Shown: positions 54,988-64,000 of the stretch, one piece after another
Position numbering within the stretch: position 1 is the first letter of the stretch
Layout of the letters: the number at the start of each line of letters is the position of its first letter
Notes under the pieces: generated by a model
What the model was told of the DNA's origin: nothing
Seen by the model: the letters and a program-made list of their open reading frames with translations, nothing else
Databases searched by the model: none
Source: Eledone cirrhosa
Lineage: Eukaryota
Direction of reading: 5' to 3'
DNA length: 64,000 nucleotides
Assembly (NCBI GenBank): GCA_964016885.1
Contig: OZ024746.1
Coordinates: 56,668,001-56,732,000, forward strand
Translations under genes and position numbers: made by a program

Positions 54988-57189
54988 GTATGTATATATA
55001 TATATATATGCGTATAATGTGATGTGTCATTTGAAATGCGTGATCTTCAGACTTATTTTAGTAGTGACATTAAGGTTTATACAGATAAGATTAGTTCCAT
55101 CATTGACCGCTTTCTTACCTTCTGTGTTAGCTATGTAGTACATCTTCGTAAACAAATCTTTGCTGCTTATTCTGTATGTGTATTTTCACGTGTTTGAGTA
55201 ATACGTCCTTAGTATGGCAGTATGAAATGTTGTAAATATGTTACGTATGCAGAGTGCCTTTACTGGCAAGTGGGGTTCTAGGGCATGTATTCTGGATATG
55301 CATTCAAGTTAGTATATATCTTACATGTGCATTGTGGGCGTCCATGCAAGTGGATGATTCTCATATTTGTAGCCTATCTGTGCATGCAAGTGATCTTACG
55401 CTTTATGTATGTGGTATTTGTTAGCATGCAAGGGAATGTGTATATTTTATAATATGTTGTTTGTATAAGTGACTATTCAGTGTTTATGTATTTTGTGTCT
55501 TGATATCTGCAACGTTCAGTCCGTGACGGATTTTGAATTCTTCATTCCGATCTTGAATTTCCAATGTAGAGGTTTGTCTTTTATATTTGACATTCCGGCA
55601 ACTTTACATAGCGTTTTTCAATAAACTCCTCTTTTAGTTTTCAATTTTCCCATAATTTTCCTGATATATCTGTATATTCCACAAAAGGAAAAGTTAATCG
55701 AGATTTTGTACTATATCTATTAGAGGTGCTAAAATACATAATTAAATACGTTTGCGGTAATGAGTGCAAGGATGTAACGTTTCGGACATTCCAGTTTCTT
55801 CTGATACCGGTAGTATATGTGGTAAAATCGTACGAATAGGGTAGGTGTGAGCAGATAAAGCAATAGGGGAGCGTGTATGTCTGCTAGTTTTCAAAAAATG
55901 TAACATTGTCCAAGTCTGTTGAAACGAGAGGATGGGAATGGCAGCCACAACATGTGAAGTATTACATGAATGAGAATGGAAGGAGACGTCTACAATAGTA
56001 AAGACAAAATCTGAAACATGACTGGAGAATGACGTGATGAACGTTAAGCTATGGGCAGTTAGCAAAGAATGCAGATTCGTAAAGACTGAGGAAAAATAAG
56101 AGGCTGTTTTTCTATTTATTGGCTTCCATCGAGACAGAAAACAAATTATCTATTGTTCCTGCTCTGTAGCTATTTGTATTAGTTTTCTATTATTCATTAG
56201 AAGATATTTTTAGAGTCCTACAGTCAATACTTTGTATTAATTGTCTAGTAACTCTCCTACCTCTTTATTTATCGTAAAAGTAATCTTTCTACATCGAAGT
56301 TGGGTTGTATACTCTAAATGCAGTCAATGTAGTCATTATTTACTTATTTTCCTGTCTAGTTTTGATAATTCACTTTGCTTCCAGTTGAGAATATTATGGC
56401 TATATCTTATTAAGGGAAAATCTAGAGTTGTGATACATATTATCTTATTTTGGCATATAAATCAGTTTTAATTATTTATCTAATGTTGTTGTCTCTCTAG
56501 ATCATGTGTGTGTGTATGTATGTGTGTGCGTATGTGTATGTATGTGTGTGTGTAATGTGTCTGTGGGGGTGGGGGGGGGGGGATGTTCACTGTCTAGTCC
56601 ATTTATTCCCAAATGTATCGTAAGCTCTGTTTGTATTAATTCTCTTATCTCACTTTCTGTATTTAACACGATATTAAGGTTTTATTATTGTTATTTATCA
56701 GTAGTCTTAATTGTACTGCTTGTTTTCAACGTAGAAGAGAACACAAATCTATATGCCTTGGCTTCTGCAAGTATCATGTATACATTTTGCATATTCTAAC
56801 GTATTTATAATAATAATAAAGTATATGTTGCATAGGCAGTGTCTAGCCGTGCTATAGATAGTATTTTCTGTGATATGTGTATGTTATAAGTTTTGAAATA
56901 AATGCCTTGGTCAGTGTGGATAAATAAATTAACACTCAAAGGGCTGAATTGGCTGAAGTATTAAAGAGTGGGATGGAAAGATATGTAATGCTTGTTCAGG
57001 ATTGTTTCCTTCGGAGTTCAATTCCTGACCCATTCGTCTAGCATGTGCAACTGGCGGATTATACGATCAAAGGAACTACCAGAAGGAACAGAGGTTCCTG
57101 TTTCCGATATGGTAGTCGGTTCATTTCCTTAACGTAAAGTTTTCCTTATGTATTTGTAGGCATTATTTTATGTATCCACTATTTTATTT

Positions 57190-57379
57190 AGGGCGGTGAA
57201 TTGGCAGTATCGGTAGAGGGTCGTACGCCTTGCTTTGATGTATAGAGTTGCGGCCCTTGCCATTCTGAGTTCAAATCCCGCCGAGGTTAACTTTGCCTTT
57301 CATCCTTGCGGGGTTGATAACATAAAGTACCAGTAATGTACTGTTTAATTGCTGACCTTGTGCCAACAGTAGAAACAAT
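57190..57379 (+). mobile_element. Full-length SINE with about 10 bp TSD
   Basis: Runs from AGGGCGGTGAATTGGCAGTATCGGTAGAG to GTAGAAACAAT. TATTTTATTT occurs at 57180-57189 and 57380-57389. Confidence 0.9.
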
Positions 57380-58322
57380 TATTTTATTTATCCACAAGGC
57401 ACCTAACATAAAGAGGATAGTCAGTATTTCTAACACCGAAAACATGCCTAGAATTCCATCCATGTGGATAGTGTATATATATGGTTGTGCAACAAATATT
57501 TCGTTAAGGGACTCTCTTTATAAATCATGCTTGACAAAACCTTCCGGTCTATTATCTCATATTCTTAGTGTGTGAAATGGCATATACTTATATATGGTCA
57601 GTTTTCATTTATACATGGTGTATGATTATCACAATGATTATTGCCGTATTGGTGAGTAAAAGCCTATTAGCGGCTAAAGGCAATTACGTTTTCTGGAAGA
57701 TTTTAGGTAATGATGATGAAATCCAGAAGTGGCTCTCAGGAAAGGCATCGCATCCGACGTGCTTGTGGAGTGTTGGGCCCACTACTAATTCTCCAACGCG
57801 AAGAATATATGCTGCCTAAGTTATATCGTACGAAATCCGTTTGATGGGCCCGATTGATGGACCCTGACGGTTGGTGCATATTACGTGACCATATACAGAT
57901 GTGTGCGCATTTTCATTGACACTGCGCTCAACTCTTCGTCTACGATGGAGTTTTGCGAAAAGCCGATGAAATTCCCTGTCGTGCGAGGCAGGGAGCATTG
58001 ACACTACTGTTAAAGGATTCGACGATATTGATCATACTGATAATTCCCGGCCATAAATCTGCTAAACGCAGACTTCAAAGAAAAAAAATACACAGGAGAA
58101 CAATAAAATCTAATGATGTTATAGCAATTTAGCTCGTACTATTGGTGAAAAAAAGGTTTTATTTTGGATGCTGATACTCAGTCAGAGGATATAAAAAAAG
58201 TGACCGTGGTGCTTGAGAGAGACCAGAACATTGAGGAAAGCGAGAGACAAAAAATAACTCTTAATATGGTACAGAAGAGAGAATGCACATGTTTGTTTTA
58301 GTAATCCAACTTGATATATATA

Positions 58323-58392
<70 letters not shown>

Positions 58393-58466
58393 TAACAGAT
58401 TAAAGTTTAAGCAAATAATCGCTGCTTTCACCCTTAACGGGATCTTCTGAAACTAACCAAATTTAT

Positions 58467-58509
<43 letters not shown>

Positions 58510-59583
58510 CGTTTGAATATGTGTAATAAGGCCAAGACAATGCAGGTATGGACATAGAAAAAAGAATGCAATAGTGAAAGATATTGATGTGAATTCGTCT
58601 TTCACCTTGAATTTATTTAAATGTCCTTCATTTTCGAGATAATATCTCTTCTTCGGAGGGAAGTAAAGGTCTCAAACCAGCGTCTTTAAATCTCTAGCCA
58701 AGCCATGCTGACCGGAAATAGTATAGAGTATTTGTTCTAACTCTAATATCAAAGAATTAAAATTAGGTGGATAAAGAGTAGTCTCCCTTTAAGAGGGGTT
58801 TGTTTATGTTTTTTATTTTTTATTTTTTTATTTTTTATACGTGCCTGTATATGTGTGTGGGAGAATGCATGAAGGTGTAGGTATGTGGGTGTGTGTGTGT
58901 GAGTGTGGGAAGATAGGTCTAATCGTAAAAGTGGGGGGTAGGTGTTGTCTGGTGTTAGAACTGGCTTTGTGTGTGTATGTGTGAGAGAGAATAAGTGGAG
59001 GTGTGCGCGTGCGCGTGTGTGGGGTGTGTAAAAATGGGGCTAGAGGCCCTATCAGGTTATAAATTGGGTGTTAAGCTCTAGTCTATTATTGATTGGTGGA
59101 TGTGTTCTATCTATAATAAGTGCTTCCTTAATTCTAAGATTGCCGAGGTTTCTTTCCTTAGTTTCTATCCTAACTGTTATGTTTTTATCGGTGTTTTTGC
59201 ATTTAACTAGGTGTTTCTTAAATGAGGAAGCGTTAGTATTGAGGTGTTCTTTTATTCTTATGTGGAGTGGTCTGGTGGTGCTACCTACGTAGAAGTTGTT
59301 GCATTTGTCACACTCTAGTCTGTATACTACGTAAGCCTGGTGGCATAGGTCTGTGTCGTTGATGGGGCAGTTGGCTAGTCTGCAGCAGTTGTCATGTCTG
59401 GTGGAGTGTCTCTTAGCCAGCCGTCCGCGCAAAGAAGGACCCGAGTGGGCCAGTTGGATATCCAGTCCCTCTCGCCTGATGGCTCTGCGGATGGCTGTTG
59501 TTATAATTTTGTATACGGGTCCTTCTATGCTAGAGACGATGGGTCTTATTTGCGTCTTAGTGCTATTCTTGTGGGTCTTGAAC

Positions 59584-60034
59584 AACAACAGCCATCCGCA
59601 GAGCCATCAGACGAGAGGGACTGGATATCCAACTGGCCCACTCGGGTCCTTCTTTGCGCGGACGGCTGGCTAAGAGACACTCCACCAGACATGACAACTG
59701 CTGCAGACTAGCCAACTGCCCCATCAACGACACAGACCTATGCCACCAGGCTTACGTAGTATACAGACTAGAGTGTGACAAATGCAACAACTTTTACGTA
59801 GGTAGCACCACTAGACCACTCCACATAAGAATAAAAGAACACCTCAATACTAACGCTTCCTCATTTAAGAAACACCTAGTTAAATGCAAAAACACCGATA
59901 AAAACATAACAGTTAGGATAGAAACTAAGGAAAGAAACCTCGGCAATCTTAGAATTAAGGAAGCACTTATTATAGATAGAACACATCCACCAATCCATAA
60001 TAGACTAGAGCTCAACACCCAATTTATAACCTGA
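59584..60034 (+). pseudogene. GIY-YIG endonuclease domain of a Penelope-like element (mirror copy 59052-59502, minus strand)
   Basis: VVY..C..C...YVG.T.R.L..R..EH signature in an uninterrupted frame that is 5'-truncated. Confidence 0.92.
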
Positions 60035-60388
60035 TAGGGCCTCTAGCCCCATTTTTACACACCCCACACACACGCACGCGCACACCTCCACTTATTCTCT
60101 CTCACACAAAACCAGTTCTAACACCAGACAACACCTACCCCCCACTTTTACGATTAGACCTATCTTCACACACTCACACACACCCACATACCTACACCTT
60201 CATGCATTCTCCCACACACATATACAGGCACGTATATAAAATAAAAAAAAAAAAAAACCTAAACAAACCCCTCTTAAAGGGAGACTACTCTTTATCCACC
60301 TAATTTTAATTCTTTGATATTAGAGTTAGAACAGATACTCTATACTATTTCCGGTCAGCATGGCTTGGCTATGGTTTGAGACCTTTAC

Positions 60389-60428
60389 TTCCCTCCGAAG
60401 AAGAGATATTATCTCGAAAATTAAGGAC
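60389..60428 (+). ncRNA. Degenerate or variant minimal hammerhead-like motif in the Penelope 3' UTR (mirror about 58624-58662)
   Basis: CCT-CCGAAGA-A-GAGAT-ATT-ATCTC-GAAA-AT-TA-AGG. Stem II is perfect, position 4 is C instead of U, and stems I and III are very short. Confidence 0.4.
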
Positions 60429-60877
60429 ATTTAAATAAATTCAAGGTGAAAGACGAATTCACATCAATATCTTTCACTATTGCATTCTTTTTTCTATGTC
60501 CATACCTGCATTGTCTTGGCCTTATTACACATATTCAAACGTTTATACCTCATTACACAATGATTCAAGTGAACTATAACCTCCTCCCATATATATATAT
60601 ATATATTTGTATGTATATATATATTAATATTTATTATTATATATTTATTATTATTTATTATTTATTATTATATATTTTTTTATATTTATTATTATATATT
60701 TATTATATATTTTTTATATATTTATATGTTCTTATATTTATATATTTTTTATATATTTATATATTTACATATTTATTATATATTTATTATATATTTATTA
60801 TATATTTTTTCATATTTATTATTTATTATTATTTATTATTATATATTTTTTATTATTACTATATATATATATATATG

Positions 60878-60952
<75 letters not shown>

Positions 60953-61025
60953 ATACATATATATATATACATCCATATATATATATATACATACATTTAT
61001 ATATGAATGTATATATATATATATG

Positions 61026-61057
<32 letters not shown>

Positions 61058-61457
61058 TATTGTTATACTTGGGGAGGGTCATATTTGTGTAATATTGCCA
61101 GAATTAATAACAGAACACACTCACTGTGTATATGAATACAAAGAGTTTAAAACCGTTAGAACATGTTAATATAATAGTGCGCCTACGTACGTTTCGCCCG
61201 GAATGAGATATCAAGGGCATGGAAAGCAAAATAATGATCAATATAGGACCTAGGAGGGTTCTAACAGTTTTAAACTCTCTATATGCATTTATTTTATAAT
61301 CGCTCTGGTTATTTTTTCTCGCCCACTAAATATTGACGCCTCTAATATTTAACCCTATAGGAACGAGTATTGAGCACATATGCATAAACTATTGGCAACT
61401 AAATATATGTATCGCCCATCTTTCCATGTTCTTCTCTCTCTCGATTCTTAATCATTC

Positions 61458-61565
<108 letters not shown>

Positions 61566-61621
61566 TGTATATATATATATGAATGTATATATATAAATAT
61601 TTATATATATGAATGTATATA

Positions 61622-61662
<41 letters not shown>

Positions 61663-61693
61663 GTATATATATATATGTATATAGGGTTAGGGT

Positions 61694-61729
<36 letters not shown>

Positions 61730-61978
61730 CATTCATATATATACGTGAGTATAATGGTAGCTTATTGTTTCCATAGGCGGTATGCCAAAATTAGCACTCA
61801 ATAGTCATACAGAGCAGAGTGTGAATAGTATAAAAAAACGAAAAATCAGTGATGCATCTGGACTCAGTTTATTGCGTGTTACAATTGTTTCGACGCAAGG
61901 ACCTGCAGTCGTAGAATCAGCCAGATCCATACAGTGATCATGTCTCGAGCTACCTGCCGGCGAAATAATTGAAACACG

Positions 61979-62065
<87 letters not shown>

Positions 62066-62608
62066 GAGAATAGGATTGACTGAGTAGTTGCTATTTAAGG
62101 TAGCTTAAAATGGAATTGGAATAAGTTGCCTACTGGGTGTCTCGGATATTTCTGCGCTTTAAAGACAAGATATCTACCACCCAGAGCGTCAATAACTGGG
62201 TAAGTTATTGGGAGGAAGGCGGGGAGGGAAACGGAGGAAGGAGGGAAGGAAAAAGGAAATGACAAGGGAAGAAAAGGAAAACAGCGAAAAAAACAGCGAA
62301 AAAAACAAAACAAACCGAGCAATGTGCGAGCAACTTAAGGTAAGAAAATCCAAGACCACAGCGATGAGAGAACTTAAGTTCAAGAGCATGTGGGTGAGTG
62401 AAAAGATACATGTAAAAAGCATAGGAAAGCATACGAACTCTGAAACCAGTAAAGGAAATAAATAAAAAGTCCTTAAAAAGATTCCAGCTGCATTTTCAAT
62501 TTCCTTTCCTTATACTTTCACCCGTTTAGGACATCTCGTTTCTTTTTATTAAATGAAAACTAATTATCTTTTCTCATATATATATGTATATGTATATATA
62601 TATATATT

Positions 62609-62664
<56 letters not shown>

Positions 62665-62965
62665 CTTGGCTGATTGTGTAATTCAGTTATAATTTCTCTG
62701 ACTAACTGGTCTTTAATGTTGTGACCTTCCAATTGATTAAACAGTTTTATTCAATACATTTTTTTAAATATTTCAGTTTCAAGCAATTTATATTTTGTTT
62801 GCATCATTAAATAAAATAATTCATTTCTCCGAATCCACCTATGATTATTACTAATTACTATGTAAATTGGTTTAGCAATTAGCACTTTATATAAATATGT
62901 ATATATATTTCTACATATACACACACACACGGACATAGACACACGCACACTAACACACACACACT

Positions 62966-63013
<48 letters not shown>

Positions 63014-63638
63014 CTGAGAGAAGGAGAGGAAGGTCAAACACAGAATGAGAGAGGTCGTTAAAAATACATTCGCAGGTGCGCACGTATTTACACACACACA
63101 GACATATATATATATGAATATGGGTGTGCGTGAGCACTCGTGTGTGTGTGTCTGTGTGTGTGAGAGAGAGCTCCTATGCGTATGTGCGTGTATGTGTGAG
63201 TACACACGTGCGTGCGTGTGTCTACGAATCAAAGCTGTTTTCCAATATCAGAAACAGTTTTTTTTTCATTTAAATTACTTTCTTCATCAATGAATATTGC
63301 AGGCATTTTTTATACTTTTAACATTATCCGATGTTAATAATATATTTCATTAAATTTGCTTTGTTTTGTGCTGTTTCTCTTGGGGGATCAAAACATCATC
63401 TAGTCACCTCTGTTCCTTTAATTAAAACATGTTATTAATTTTCCCCTAAATTTTTACCATCTAACTGCGTTCCTAATTATTAAATTCCATGACCGACCAT
63501 TTATAATTTAATTACAACAGAATCTAATGTTTTTTACGGAATTTAAACTTATTGTTTTACATTATTCACTTTACTAGTTATAAATCTTTCTATTTTATCT
63601 TCCTAACTCCTCTCAGTCAGCTGCGCGCGAGAATATAC

Positions 63639-63757
<119 letters not shown>

Positions 63758-64000
63758 AATATATATATATACATATATATATACATATATACATATATAC
63801 ATATATACATATGTATATATATACATATATATATATCTACATATATATATATACATTTTATATATATACATATATATATATATCTACATATACACACACA
63901 CACATATATATATATGTAAATCTCTGAACTCCAAGCCTGTTATTAGTGTTTCACTTTGACATCCTCTGGCTCCACATTCTGATATCTATCCTCTCATTAG

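Larger units (their letters stand above)
58510..60541. mobile_element. Young head-to-head palindrome of a Penelope 3' end (GIY-YIG plus 3' UTR), arms about 1 kb, about 81 bp spacer
   Basis: Arms 58510-59502 and 59584-60541 are near-identical reverse complements. Both encode CRLANCPI..LC..AYVVYRLECDKCNNFYVGSTTRPLHIRIKEH...IKEALII. Confidence 0.96.

Noticed and set aside
61682-61695. TAGGGTTAGGGTTA telomere-like motif inside a TA tract
   Set aside because: Only about two units, too short to support an interstitial telomere call.
61875-61930. Minus-strand GAAACAATTGTA with an upstream stem, hammerhead-like
   Set aside because: No CUGANGA box at the right position and no stem I.

Overview
This is AT-rich, intergenic or intronic eukaryotic DNA made almost entirely of retroelements and microsatellites. 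The SINE family suggests an octopus or other cephalopod (inference). No convincing host gene is present, and most listed ORFs are microsatellite or antisense artefacts. Two zones stand out. (1) The (TA)n-rich zones (about 1-19.9 kb and 48-64 kb) hold Penelope-like (RT/GIY-YIG) remnants and a near-full-length CR1-group LINE whose ORF1 has a Myb-like start and two CCCH fingers. They also hold a series of fold-back inverted repeats (0.14-2.8 kb), several carrying minimal type I hammerhead-ribozyme motifs, including a U3-A8 core variant. (2) The (AAT)n/(ATT)n zone (about 20-48 kb) holds three full-length Tx1/L1-like LINEs each bracketed by (ATT)n, an R4/Dong-type LINE interrupted by a SINE with a clean target-site duplication, further LINE 3' fragments and a five-copy SINE array. 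The best candidate for an under-described system is the set of hammerhead-bearing Penelope-derived palindromes and mini-elements. All structures were read by eye, so boundaries are approximate and ribozyme activity is untested.
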